Counted from the first letter of the stretch, positions 1 to 25,289 are shown. The stretch is 64,000 nt of DNA from the human T2T-CHM13v2.0 reference genome, Homo sapiens (GCF_009914755.1 NC_060944.1); one strand, 5' to 3'. Translations and numbers: made by a program. Notes: a model not told the origin generated them from the sequence alone.

Positions 1-307
1 TCTCCCTCCCTGCCTCGGCTGCCAGGCAGGGAAGGGCCCCCTGTCCAGTGGACACGTGACCCACATGACCTTACCTATCGTTGGAGGTGACTCACATTCT
101 TTACCCTGCCCCTTCTGCCTTATATGCAATAAATAACAGCGCAGCCCAACATTCGGGGCCACTACCGGTCTCCGCGCATTGATGGTAGTGGTCCCCCGGG
201 CCCAGCTGCCTTTTCTCTTGTCTCTTTGTCTTGTATCTTTATTTCTACACTCTCTCGTCGCCGCACACAGGGAGAGACCCACCGACCCTATGGGGCTGGT
301 CACTACA
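1..307 (+). mobile_element. 3' part of an ERVK (HERV-K class) LTR, LTR13-like, in AHCY intron 1, antisense to AHCY
   Basis: Matches recalled LTR13 3' half (GGCAGGGAAGGGCCCCCTGTCCAGTGGACACGTGAC...GGGGCCACTACCGGTCTCCGCG...GGGGCTGGTCACTACA). AATAAA at 128-133. Ends in CA at 307 with no tRNA primer-binding site after it. 5' part lies outside the window. Confidence 0.75.
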
Positions 308-399
308 CTATCCCTGCTCCATGGGGCCTGATTCCATATCCCCTCTCCTCCTTAAGGACTTCCATACTCCACTAAAACTGCTCTTCCGTCCAAAGACCA

Positions 400-1710
<1,311 letters not shown>

Positions 1711-3100
1711 CTGGAAACAGGAAAGAACCTAGTATATCCCTGCTAGAGGAACCAAGAGTGCACCAGGGTGACTCAAATAGAGGCATAAGATGAGTTGGGA
1801 CTTCAGTCCCAGTGAAGTGGGGAACCTACAGTTTTCAGGGACCAGCATTCAGAGACCAGATTTGTCTTTTGAAAAGACCCCATTGGCTGCTGTGTGGATC
1901 TGCGGAGCAAGAGATCCAGGGAGACCTGCAAGGAGAGAGACCAGACTGGGGTGGTGACCGTGGAGACAGACAAGTGGCAGATCTGCTCACATAAAATGGA
2001 GACAATACTACTTTATCTGTATGCATGTCTGTGCCACCCCTGTCTCTGGGTCACCTTTGTGTCTCCAGCATGACCTGGCTCAGAGAAGGGGTCAGCAACT
2101 GTTTACCGACCATATCTGTCCTCAGAACTGAATGAAAGATCCATGAGAGGGGCTGGCACGTGACAAGGGTGGCAAAGAAAAACAACACAAATCTGAACCT
2201 AGTCTGAGTCCCAGCATTTACTAATGACCCAGAGAGGACCCAGAGAGGAGTTTGCTGCAGGTTCCATAGCCAATTAACCGCAGAACCAGAACTGGCAGCC
2301 AGGCAGGGCTAGAGCAGAGGCCCCTCTCAAGGCCCCTCCTGGGAGGGGCCCGGCTGTATGGGACAATGGGTTATGCCCTGTGCTGCTAAGCTCCACCCCT
2401 CCACCACCACATGTCCCTCCAGCTAAAAATAACTCCTTCAGTGCCCTCGAGGACACTGTGCCAGCCCCACAGTTTTCCCTGGGACCCTCAACTCCAAAGG
2501 CACAGGAGAGGCTAGATGCTGCAATCTCTGGAGCTAAGGACTTGCAAAAGTCACAGGAACACCTGTCCCCAGGACAAGCCAAGAGGAACAGCAAGAGCCC
2601 CTGTAAACATCAGTTTCTTCATCTGTAAAGTGTGGATAATCATCCCTAGCTTGCTATGCGCCTTAAGTAAAGATAATGCCATATGATCAAGATCTGGCAT
2701 ACAGCAGGGCCTCCTTCCTCCAGCCCCACCCAGCTAAGCTCCCCATCCCCAAATCCAGCTTTATCTCCACCCACACAACCCAATGGCCCCAATCCTGACC
2801 CACTAATCTCTCCACAGTATGACAAGCCCCCATTCCAGCTCTACTATTGATGTGACCTTCACATAACCTTTCTGGGTTCAGTTTCAGCATCCACACAATG
2901 GAGACAGTCTACTCTGGTAGCAACTTGATGAACTACTTCAACAGAATCTTTGCAAGTCACCTCCCAAGGGCCTCAGTTTCATGCTCTATATAACGGGATT
3001 ACGTCCATCTCTATGAAGATTATTGTGTAAACACACGTAAATCACCAGATATACAGCAAGTGTTTCCATAAATGTGGATGGCATTCTCCAGACTTAATAG

Positions 3101-3430
<330 letters not shown>

Positions 3431-4137
3431 TGAAAAGCTACCAGCCAAACTGAACTGGTTTTTGCTGAAAATTCACTAGGATTGTTCCGCGTGTATTCGC
3501 TTGCACACAGTGGTGAAAGGGTGCGCTCAGAGATCTAGATGGCCTGCGTTCCAATCTTGCTCCATCACCACCAGCTGTAAGACTGAGGGCAAGTTACCTC
3601 TGCCTCAGGATTCTCATCATAAAATGAGAACAGTTTCCCTACAGAGCCATGAGACTAGAATAAAGCTAGAAGGCAGTGCCGATCCCACAGGAAACACTAA
3701 GTAAACGTTAACTATCCCTGTATTACACTTCAATCGGTGGGACAGCAGGATTTTTCAAACCACTCCAAATTTTCTTCGAGATTTCTGCAAGGCTGCCCCT
3801 GCTGGAGGGGTGGGGGACCCCACAGGTTGGGTAACTGGCCCAAAGTCCCAGGGGAGAGGAGGATCGGAGCCGGCCTGGGGCTCGCTTTCCAGGCCTCTCC
3901 TCATACACCCTCCGGGGTGCCCTCGCCGTCCCTGTAGGAGGCCCAGAGAGGGGTGGACGCTCGTCGGGGCCGCCCAGCTGGACAGGGTCCGGTCCAGGCC
4001 TAGGAGGCCGGGCGCAGGCCCCCCGAGCAGGGTCCGGCAGGTGCCAGCCGTCCCAGGCCGTGGCCAGGTGTGCTCTCCCGCGGAGCACGCCGCCAGTTTG
4101 CGGCTCGCAGACCGCGCGGCGGCCCCGGCGTCGCGGG

Positions 4138-4157
4138 GCATGCTGGGACTTGTAGTC
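4138..4157 (-). promoter_or_regulatory. ZNF143/THAP11 (SBS, ACTACA) motif in AHCY intron 1
   Basis: Minus strand reads GACTACAAGTCCCAGCATGC, a near-perfect match to ACTACAnnTCCCAGnATGC. Confidence 0.8.
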
Positions 4158-4353
4158 CACGGCCACCCGGAACGGCCCGCTCATGGCCGCGCGAGAACTC
4201 CAACTTCCAGCTGGCTTCGCGCGGCCAGAAACGCGCCGAGGCTGCGATTCCAGGGGGTCCAGAGAGCCCCGAGTCGGCCCTGCAGCCCCCGCCACGAACA
4301 AGCCCCGGGCGGGTGCCGGGCGGCCGCAACCGGCTGCAGGTCCTGGGACTCAC

Positions 4354-4381
4354 CGACTTTGTAGGGCAGTTTGTCAGACAT
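4354..4381 (-). CDS. AHCY: Adenosylhomocysteinase (SAH hydrolase), coding part of exon 1 (28 nt, MSDKLPYKV + 1 nt); remaining exons lie beyond the left edge of the window
   Basis: ATG TCT GAC AAA CTG CCC TAC AAA GTC G followed by donor GTGAGT (4353-4348). The peptide is the known AHCY N-terminus. Kozak-like context GCCGCCAGCATG. Confidence 0.97.
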
Positions 4382-4465
4382 GCTGGCGGCACTCGTGATG
4401 GAAACGGGCGAAGGGGGCTGGGCCTCAGTCTGGGAACAGGAACTGGGCGGGCAGCGCCGAGCAGG
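4382..4465 (-). other. AHCY: AHCY exon 1 5'UTR (TSS approximate)
   Basis: CTGAGGCCCAGCCCCCTTCGCCCGTTTCCATCACGAGTGCCGCCAGC matches the recalled AHCY mRNA leader. TSS inferred ~25-30 nt downstream of the TATA-like box. Confidence 0.75.
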
Positions 4466-4488
4466 GATATGCGCGTGGCGCCGACGCC

Positions 4489-4496
4489 TTTAAATA
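4489..4496 (-). promoter_or_regulatory. TATA-like box TATTTAAA
   Basis: Only AT-rich run in the island core, correctly oriented ~108 nt upstream of the ATG. Confidence 0.65.
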
Positions 4497-4508
4497 TCTT
4501 CCTCTCAC

Positions 4509-4520
4509 TTGCATATTCAT
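4509..4520 (-). promoter_or_regulatory. POU (Oct1/Oct4) MORE-type palindromic element ATGAATATGCAA
   Basis: 10/12 match to MORE ATGCATATGCAT, just upstream of the TATA-like box. I recall Ahcy as a reported Oct1 MORE target. Confidence 0.7.
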
Positions 4521-4528
4521 GACCCGCT

Positions 4529-4538
4529 GGGGCGGGGC
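4529..4538 (+). promoter_or_regulatory. Sp1/KLF GC box GGGGCGGGGC
   Basis: Perfect consensus in the proximal promoter. Confidence 0.75.
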
Positions 4539-4710
4539 CCAACGCGCAGGGCGGAGCCGGAGGGGATTTCGATCCCTGAAAAGAAGCCTCAGAATTTCAC
4601 AAGGCGTGGCCCCAGGAGTCTCACTCACCGGTCCGGAAGGGAGCGCCGGGAGAGGCCTGAGAGCCAGCCGGGCCGTCCTCTCGCTGGTTCAGCCAGTTGA
4701 TTCAGTGTCA

Positions 4711-5125
<415 letters not shown>

Positions 5126-5387
5126 AGTTAAGTTGCCATTTGTCAGGTACCTACTGACATCCCAAACATTCGCCTTACTCCAAGTAACCAACACCCTGAA
5201 TTTAAGTAAGTTTGCATACATTTCTTATACTTTTACTGCATCCGTATATCATTAAATAGTTCTGTGTTTAGCACCTTTATATATCAACCGTATTTACCCT
5301 TCTGCAACTTGCTTTTTTCTGTGAGCATTATATTTATGAGACTCATGCATATAGCTTGAGTATATTCATTTTTGCTGCTGTATAATT

Positions 5388-5635
5388 CAGTCATCCCAGG
5401 CATGGGAAGGGGAAATTGGTTTCAGGACCTCTGTGGACTCCAAAACCCTTCTATGTTCAAGTCCCTCATATAAAATGAGGCAGTATTGGCATATAACCTA
5501 TGCACATTCCTCCGTACACTTTAATCATCTCTAGATTACTTATAACTAATATAATGTAAATGCTATGTAAATGGTTGTTTTGTAATTTGTATTATTTTTA
5601 TAGTTATGTTTTTTTAATTGCTTTTTTTCCCCTGA
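5388..5635. mobile_element. MER2 (TcMar-Tigger) DNA transposon, truncated
   Basis: CAAGTCCCTCATATAAAATG...GCATATAACCTATGCACAT...AATCATCTCTAGATTACTTATAA matches recalled MER2. Confidence 0.75.
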
Positions 5636-6111
<476 letters not shown>

Positions 6112-6145
6112 TAACCTAAAAATGAGAAAAGAATTAAACTCTTCT

Positions 6146-6455
<310 letters not shown>

Positions 6456-6910
6456 AAGAATTAAGGTCTTCTATGACATAGTAAATGTATTGGTCTCACT
6501 TGATCTGTACATCTGACCTCTGTCTGAGAGTCATGAGGGCCGATGTCAAGCAGAGACTTCCTGAGGGAACGAGGGTCCACGCCTGGGAGGTGGGCAGCAG
6601 GGTCCTCACGCATCCCTTTCAGCATTCTGCAGTGCATTGCAGTGTGTAGTGAGTCGTGTCAGTCTAACTAAACGTAGGATCATGTTACTAGGTTGTCCTA
6701 CGAGAACAGAAAAATGGCTTCAAAATATTCCTGCAAAGAAATGGCAAGTTCCAGATACTGTGAAAATTACCAGCACAGCAAACAAGTAGAAAAGGACACA
6801 GCTGACAGGTCTCTTTCTGGTATGAATGCTGGTCTTTGTCAGCCATGTTGTAAGGAATGTAATAAAATTTGAGAAAACAATGAAAAAGACACTTTGAAAT
6901 ATGAATTTAC

Positions 6911-8840
<1,930 letters not shown>

Positions 8841-8904
8841 AAATGATAATGTTCATTGTTGGTGAGTGTATGGCAAAGTTTTGTCACCCATTAAATTAAA
8901 AAAA

Positions 8905-12270
<3,366 letters not shown>

Positions 12271-12429
12271 TATAATGAAGGACAAAAAGCAAAGTGCAGA
12301 ACGGTGCGCCTAGTATGCGATTATTTATGTAAAAGAAAGAAAAGAACACACAAACAGGTATTTGCCTATACATGCAGAAAATATACCAGGCTGGATGTAC
12401 AAGAAACTGCTAACAGTGCTTCCCTGGGG

Positions 12430-13190
12430 ATCCCCGCCCACGCCGCTGAAAGCTGCCCTGGACGTTAACTGTTGATGTCCCTTCTCCAGGTCCAGGCCCC
12501 AGTGGAGCTTCTGGCGGGAAGGTCGAAACCCCAGGCAGAAGCAGGTCCCGGTCCCTCCTCCCGACCTTTGTACCTGCCTTTTCCGTGTTTGCTTTTGCAA
12601 ACAATTAGGTCCTGGGCGCGGAGGGGCGGAGAGGGGGCGGAGAGGGGGCGGAGGGCGCACAAGCCTGCCCTTTGGCCGCGGGGCTTTAGCCTGCCCTAGC
12701 TTCAGCATCCCCGCTCGCCTCCCGGCGGTCCTGCGTCTCACTCTGGATTAACTGGAGGCTTCGAGATGGGATAGAGAGGGGTGCAGGCGCTGAGAAAGCC
12801 CGCTGATGGGGATGGAGCCGGATTAAGCAGTTCTGTGGAGTTCCTCCCTTCTTGTCCACCCCGCTAGGGGTCTCTCCTTTCCCGCTGTATCCACGCCCCT
12901 CCCTCCAGGCCCCCTGGGCCCACCTCGAAGTCACCGCTGGGCTGGGGAGTACAGAGGTGGGGGACTTCTTAGACACCCTGGGACAGGGCCCCCCTCTCTC
13001 CCTCAATCCTTCTCATCCCAGGCGGCTCCGCTGTGAGTCGGGCGTCCCAGGAGCTGCCGGCCCACCCATCCGCGGGTTTCTTCCGTTGGGGGAGCCCTCC
13101 AGACTCGTAGAATATAAGAGAGCGCCCCTCCCTAGCCGCGGGCCATCTCTAAGCGACAGGCTTTAAGAGGCACCCCGAAAGGGGGATGTG
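12430..13190. promoter_or_regulatory. AHCY: Second CpG island; probable upstream alternative AHCY promoter and non-coding first exon (candidate minus-strand donors at 12574|12573 CAG|GTACAA and 12742|12741 AGA|GTGAGA)
   Basis: CpG-rich unique sequence ~8.2 kb upstream of the ATG with three GC boxes. I recall a human AHCY transcript whose alternative first exon lies about this far upstream. Confidence 0.7.
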
Positions 13191-14184
13191 AGGTGGTGTG
13201 GTTCTATATCATTATATCGAAATCATCTGATTATGTGCCTGTCCCATTACTTCCAGGAGGGACAGAAACCTGTATGGCTTTGCCAGCTGCTGTGTCCCCA
13301 GGGTCCAGCTCAGTGCCTGGCACACAGACTGCACACAATATTTGGGAATGAATTAATGTTCCCAGATGTCTGCCCCGGAACCCACGCTGTGGTGCCCCTT
13401 GGCTTCAGCCCACAGTCCTGGCTCTCCTCAGGGTGGAGCCAGGGAGTCCCCTAATCCAGGTCTCTGACGTCCCCCGCTGAGGCTGGATCGTTCCCCAGTG
13501 GGGCTGGATGGCCTCTGGGTTCACTTCCCAGCCTTGTCTGAGCTTCCACGCCCCTTTTATCCTAATATTTGCTAAGAGCCTCGTCCAGGGACCTTAGGAG
13601 TCACACAGCCAGGGGTTCTGCCCCTGCCCTTCATTTCTCAGATGATAGAAAAGCAAAAGGAACACTCTGAGAACTTGTAATGGGGAGGAGTGGGGGGTTG
13701 GTCCAGTCTGACGGGGCGGGGGCAGGGTGGGAGACGTCCTTGGAGCGAGATCTGAGGCAGAGGAGCTCAGTCCACAGAAAGGGAGCACGGGCTCCACGCT
13801 GCAAGAGTAGGGAGCTGTAAGGTGCCCTCCCCAGACGGCTCCATTTTGCCCACCTTCCTTTGCGGATAGCACCCCTGGACCTCCGAGGTCAGCCTGTGCC
13901 CTGCAGCTGGAGTCGCCCTTGACTCCACTGTGCCAGGAGAGGGCACCCTGCTCCCAGCTTTGGCTTCAGACTGCTGCAGTGCAAACTCTTCCCTCCAGGG
14001 GCAGGATTTGGAGCGCTGTGATGATAACCTCCCAGCTGCCCTGGGAGAAAGCAAAGTACAGCTTATCGCTCCCTCCCATAGGAAGAAACTGAGGTTCAGA
14101 GAAGAGCAATGAATGTTGCTAGTAAGTGGTCTTTGGACTTGTTTTGAAGGGGCTTTAGCCCTTGGAAGCATTTGTCGGGATGTT

Positions 14185-16292
<2,108 letters not shown>

Positions 16293-16851
16293 AAAAACTG
16301 GGGGAGTTTGCATGGAGCCCCATATTTCCAGCTTCTCTTGAGAAAATTATCTAGCAACTAGACTTATGTTGTCATAGCAATGGGTGGGTGAGCTAAATGT
16401 TAGCTGCCTTCTTTGAATGATGCATAAGTTCTCGAGGCCAACATATGTCCCCATCCCTGGCCCATATCGGTTGTTGATCCCTGACTTGAAGTTTTCTCAG
16501 TGGACCAGGATCATCCCAATGAGCATTGGTTGTCATTAAATAACCTTGGTTCTCATTTGCATAGCACCAACTGAGTCATTTTCCTCTACATTCAATGTCC
16601 TCACGTTGCAGGATTCTTGTGTTGCTTATGATTTACCTATCTCCTCCTTTTGTCTTCTTCCTATTGCTGATGTCAGTGAGGCCACCTCACATACCCTGCT
16701 CTCTTCCTAATGGAGTTGAACCCATCCAGCCAAAAACAGGAGTAGGATCCACAGGAAGGGGCTACTCCAGGAACCACTAACACTGTCAATTGCCAATTTC
16801 CAGGAACTAGGAGGGTTTTCTACCTTATTCCAGAAATACGGGGAAAAGAGG

Positions 16852-17310
16852 TGTTCTGAGTTAAATGATGGCCCTCCTCCCAAAGGATATGTTCACCTAG
16901 AATCTGCAAATGTGACCTTATTTGGAAGAAAAGTCTTTGTGGATGTAATTAAGTTAAGGATTTTGAGTTGAGACAATTCTGGATTAGGGTGTCCCCTAAA
17001 TCCAGCATCAAGTGTCCTTACAACACAAGGAAAGGGAAGAAGACAGACACAGAGAAGACCACACGGTGAAGACAGAAGCAGATTGAGTGATGCATCTACA
17101 AGCCAAGGAAACCTGGGATTGCCAGCAGTCACCAGAAACCAGGAGAGAAGCAGGGAACAGACTCTCCTCAGAGCCTCCAGAAGGAACCCACCCTGCCAAT
17201 GCCTTGATTTTGGACTTCTGGCTTCCAGAACTGTGAGAGAATAAATTTCTGTTGTTGTAAGCCACCAAATGCGTGGTACTTCATAATGGCAGCTCTGGGA
17301 GTCTAATACA
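16852..17310 (+). mobile_element. MLT1B/C (ERVL-MaLR) solo LTR
   Basis: TG...CA ends; AATGTGACCTTATTTGGAA...CCAGAACTGTGAGAGAATAAATTTCTGTTG...CTAATACA. Confidence 0.85.
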
Positions 17311-18404
17311 GATGGAAAGGGGAAGAGAAGATGGGGGAGATAGGTGGGGCGGAAGCCTGATCTTGTGACTCTGGTGACTCAGTTTCCCTTGTCCTGCCTT
17401 GGAGGTGGAGAATATGGAGAAGGCTGAAGTGCTAAGGGCAACAGCAAGAGTGGCTCAGGCGGTCATCCCAACCAGCACCCCAGGGCTCCAATGCCTCCCA
17501 GGAAATGAGTCATCTTGGAGAGCCATGGGTTTCTTCTCAAATGCCTTTTATTGTAAGCACATGGAGGAAGTGTTCTAAGGCAACAGCTCTTGAGAGGATG
17601 GTGGAGTGAGCCTTTAGGGAGGCAAATCAGCCAGGGCTGGCATCCCAAGTTCAGGAGTTCACACCAGGTGCCCATTCCAGGCCTGGGCAGAGGGGCAACC
17701 CAAAAGGGGAAGGGGCGATGGGCAGGGAACCGTAGGAGCAGAGAGAAGGAGGAGGGCAGTAGTGAGGCTTCTCAAGAAATAAGAGTTGGATCCTTCGGCC
17801 AGTGCTGCCTGTTTCTCCCTTCTCGCACCTCCTCATATTCATAAGCATTTATTCAGTGCCAGGACTGTGTTCACAATTAATATTTCAGTTTCCCCTTCTA
17901 TAATATATAGAATGCTGAATATGATAGTCCTGAAAGGTCTTTTTAGGACATTGTGTGGTTCTAGTTGCCAACCTGGATCTTAAAATGCAAACATTGACAA
18001 TAACCCCTTAAACTTCAGCTTCAAGGATGGCTCCTCATAGCCTCTGTGTGAGTGGGCAGGGCTGGGATCATCAGACAGTGCATTTTACAGAAGAGAAAAC
18101 TGAGGGATGAGCACCTGCCTAAAGTACCACAGAGTCAACTGTGGATGAGAGCCTGGGGCCTGGAGAGCTCATGCCCATATAGGGAGATTGCTGTGCCGGT
18201 GTTCACTTGCTATGAAGGAGCCCATCATGGGGAGTTGTGGTCTGAGATCCTGGACCTTGGGGGTAAAAGCAGAGGGTCCAGAAAGGGACAAAGATTGGCA
18301 TCACCTCCCCATCATGGTCTGAGGCTGATTGTGGGTAATTCTCTGCCCTGGCCTCAGTGATTCTTTGCTGCATAACAAACCACCCATATTTATTGGCATA
18401 AAAC

Positions 18405-18435
<31 letters not shown>

Positions 18436-19124
18436 ATTTTCTGAGACGGAGTCTCGCTCTGTCACCCAAGCTAGAGTGCAGTGGCGCAATGTCAGGTCAC
18501 TGCAACCTCCGCCTCCCGGGTTTAAGTGATTCTCTGCCTCAGCCTCCCAAGTAGCTGAGATTACTGGTGCCTGGTTCATTTTTGTATTTTTAGTAGGGAT
18601 GGGGTTTCACCATCTTGGCCAGGCTGGTCTTGAACTCCTGACCTCACGATCCACCTGCCTTGGCCTCCCGAAGTGTTGGGATTACAGGCATGAGCCACCA
18701 GGCCTGGCCACAACAATCATTTATTATTCATTTCTTTTGTTTCTTGGGGAGGGAGCATTGATTGGACTCAGCTAGGCCATTCTTGCTCAAGGTCTCTCAT
18801 ATGGCTGCAGTCTGGTGGTGGCTGGGCTGGAGTCAGCTTGAAGATCTCCTGATAGCCAGTTGATGCTGGCTACCTGGGACCTCAGATGGGGCTTCCAGCA
18901 AGGATATGATATGTGGATTCTCCATGTGGCCTGGGCTTCCACACAGCATGGTAGCTGGGTTCCAAGGGTTCCAAGGATAAGCATCCTAAGAGAGAGAGCC
19001 AGGCATAAGTTGTATCACCATTTATGACCTAGACTTTGAAGTCATGTGGCATCACTTCCATCATATTTAGTTGAGGTAGTCACAAAGCCCCACCCAAGTT
19101 CAAGAGAAGGGGCCATACACTATT

Positions 19125-20191
19125 GTCTTAGTTCATTTATGTTGCTATAAAGGAATACCTGAGGCTTGGTAACTTATCAAGAAAAGTGGTTTTGAAGCAG
19201 CCTTGTTGTCTGGGGGGTGATACCTGAGGTTCGTTGTCTCACAGCTGAGGAAATAAAGGACACGGACACACAAAGAGTGAGGTTAAGAGCAGAAGTTTAA
19301 TAGGCGGAAGAAAGGGAATAGCTTTCTGCTGGAGAGAGGGGTCCCAGAGAAATGGGTTGCCAGATCCATGGTGAAATGCAAGGGAGTTTATAGATGCCTG
19401 GTGAGGAGACAGTGTCTGATTTACATAGGGTGTGAAAGATTGGTTGGACCAGGTATGCCATTTGCATAGGGCACAAATTTCTGGTAGCCCCCACCCTTAT
19501 CTTTTACTATGCAGGTAGGTTCTTTGCCTGGCCTGTTACCCATGTTGCCCATTCCTTTACTGTACACGTGATAACAAAGGAAAGATGGAGCCTCCCTGTT
19601 GGATATCCCTGGTGCCTAGGTAGCCCAATTTTATTGGCACAGCTGCCAGCATTTCCCCATGCAAGCTTCCAGCTTGCTTATCTATGTTTGCAGCTCAATT
19701 TTTCAGGCTTCTCTTTGTTAGAAAAAAATAATTTCTTGAGCTGCTTTTTGTTAAAAGGGATGCTCTGTAGAGGACTGTTTTGCCCTCACTATCTGCCTAA
19801 ATAATTCCTTTCTACCTGCTGTATCAGTTTATTGGCTCATGATTCTGCAGACTGTACAAGAAGCATGGTGCCCACATCTGCTTCTGGTGATTGGTGAGGG
19901 CTTCAGGCTGCTCCACTCATAGCAGAAGGTAAAAGGGAGCCATCCTGTGCAGACATCACACGGTGAGAGAATGGATGGAGGAGAGAGGGGGAAGGTGCCA
20001 GGTTCTTTTAACAATCAGCTCTTGTGGAAATTAATAGAGCGAGAACTTCCTCATTAACATGAGAATGGCAACATGCCATTCATGAGGGATCCACCCCCAT
20101 GACCCAAATACCTCCCATTAGGCCCCACCTCTAACATTGGAGATCAACTTTCAACATAAAGTTTGAGAAGACAAACATCCAAAGTGCAGCA
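19125..20191 (-). mobile_element. MSTA/MSTB (ERVL-MaLR) solo LTR, split by MER50
   Basis: TGTCTTAGTTCATTTATGTTGCTATAAAGGAATACCTGAGG...GGCTCATGATTCTGCAGACTGTACAAGAAGCATGG...CCTCCCATTAGGCCCCACCTC. Confidence 0.8.
19193..19826 (-). mobile_element. MER50-like ERV1 solo LTR
   Basis: TG...CA termini with exact 4-bp TSD GTTT (19189-19192, 19827-19830). Minus strand begins TGATACAGCAGGTAGAAAGGAATTATTTAGGCAGATAGTGAGGG. Confidence 0.75.
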
Positions 20192-20229
20192 ACTAGCTGT
20201 TGATGGGGGAGTGACAAGGTTCTAGAAGA

Positions 20230-21790
<1,561 letters not shown>

Positions 21791-22307
21791 AAGAGCATGA
21801 GGGATGGGAGATGTTGTGACCATTTCTGAAAAATATACTTTGTCGCACCAGATAAGGGGGTGAGCTCTGGAGTCAGATGCTTGGATTAGAATCCTAGCTT
21901 TACTATTTAATGCCTATGAGTCTCAGTTTCCTCATCTATGAAATGGTACTGATAGTAGCACTGCTTTCAGGGGATTACTGTGAGAATTGAGTGAGATAAA
22001 GACCCAAAGTGCAGGATATCCAGCCCACGACCTATGTTCAGTGGGTATCACTGTTGTTGGAACAGGTCATCATACTAAGCTCTGACCAGTGTGGTTCACT
22101 GCCCCAGGCCATTGCCTGTTTGTATGTGTGTTATGAAACCTGGAGAGGTGTTCAAGGATATGTGTTCGAATGGGTCCATGTGCACATGCCATGGGAGCTG
22201 AGCTTGAGGGAATGAATGAGTGTGTGTATGTGTTTGTCAGTGTGAGTGGGTGTGTAAGTGGAAACTTGGGCAGGGGTTTACATACATGAGGGCACATGCA
22301 GTGCTAT

Positions 22308-23180
22308 TGTCAGAGACGTGTGAACCAGAGGGACTCCATCTTAAAGAGGAAATGGGTAAAATGAGAGGCTGAGACCTGCTGGGCTGCATTCCCAGATGGT
22401 TTAAGGCATTCTTTTTTTTTTTTTTTTTTTTTTTTTGAGGTGGAGTTTCTCTTTTGTCACCCAGGCTGGAGTGCAATGGCGTGATCTCGGCTCACTACAA
22501 CTCCACCTCCCAGGTTCAAGCGATTCTCCTGCCTCAGCCTCCCAAGTAACTGGGATTACAGGTGTGCACCACCACGCTTGGCTAATTTTTTGTACTTTTA
22601 GTACAGACTGGGGGTCTCACCATGTTGGCCAGCCTGGTCTCGAACTCCTGACCTCAGGTGATCTGCCTGCTTTGGCCTCACAAAGTGCTGGGATTACAGG
22701 TGTGAGCCACCGTGATTGGCAGGTTTAAAGCATTCTAAGTCACAGAATAACATAGGAGATCTGCACAAAATGCAGGTCATAAATACCTTGCTAATAAAAC
22801 AGGTTGCAGTAAAGAAGCCACCAAAACCCACCAAAGCCAAGATGGCCACGAGAGTAACCTCTGGTCGTCCTCACTGCTACATTCCCACTGCAGCCATGAC
22901 AGTTTACAAATGCCTTTGCAATGTTAGGAGGTTATCCTATAAGGTCTAAAAGGGGAGGGATGAATCATCCACCCCTTGTTTAGCATATAATCAAGAAATA
23001 ACCATAAAAATGGGCAACCAGCGGCCATTGGGGCTGCTCTGCCTATGGAGTAGTCATTCTTTTATTCTTTTACTTTCCTAATAAACTTGTTTTCACTTTA
23101 TGGGCTTGCCCTGAATTTTTTCTTGCGTGAGATCAAAGAACCCTCTTTGGGGTCTGGATCGGGACCCCTTTCCTGTAACA
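22308..23180 (+). mobile_element. MER41A-type ERV1 solo LTR with antisense Alu (22412-22720)
   Basis: TGTCAGAG...GAACCAGAG...ACTCCATCTT start and GGACCCCTTTCCTGTAACA end. Exact TSD CTAT. Lacks the tandem-GAS segment. Confidence 0.88.
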
Positions 23181-23725
23181 CTATGGATGTCTGTGAGTGT
23201 GTGGGACAGAGGAGTGAGACCTTGAGGTCAAGTGTAAGCATGTGTGTCTACAACTGTGCATAATTAGGACTGTGTGTGGGTAAGTTAGCTGGTGAGGGTT
23301 ATAAGAATATGAGATATGGCCAAGCATGTGTGTTAGATTGAGTGTGTATGTGTGTATGAGTGTTATGTGTTTTCCAGAAGGTGCTTGTCCATGCCTGATA
23401 CTTGCAAAAAATGAGAAAATGTCGAAACAAAGAACACTTTCAGAGCTTTACAGAGATGTTCAAAGCAAATGAACCTCTGGGTACTGTGACCAGCTGGGAA
23501 GATGAGGCGAGCCAGGTGGAGGGGTGTGGAGAAAAGCTTTTCTGAAGTTCCTAATCTCACTCAGGCAAGGAGCCAGGGACCCTATTAGGGTCAAGTGCTT
23601 CCCACGCACAGTTGCCTTCTTAGTTTAGATGACAGCTGCACATCTGGGCCTTCTTCCTCCTCATCCCCATCATAATTAGTGGTTAATTCGTTCATTCATA
23701 CAACAAACATTTACTCAGTACTGAC

Positions 23726-25034
<1,309 letters not shown>

Positions 25035-25109
25035 CTACTAAGGGCCAGGAACTGTGCTACAGCAGTGAGCGAAGCCCTGTCCTTGAGGAGCTAATGTCCT
25101 AGAGGGGGG

Positions 25110-25283
25110 ATATATATATATATAAACATTACACAGTTATTCTACACATATATAAACATTACATAGTTATACTGCACATGTATAAACATTACATATATAA
25201 ATGTATATTACATATATAATATATATAAAAACATATCTATCTACACACACATAAAGATATTTGTGTATAGATATACACAAATA
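25110..25283. repeat. (TA)n / TACA-rich low-complexity repeat
   Basis: Repeated TATATAAACATTACA units. Confidence 0.85.
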
Positions 25284-25289
25284 TGGTGG

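Noticed and set aside
3590-3625. Minus-strand ATGs with a GAG|GTAACT donor as an alternative coding first exon
   Set aside because: Lies in a MIR-like remnant, and the ATG-to-donor lengths (20 or 23 nt) do not match the phase-1 junction of AHCY exon 1.
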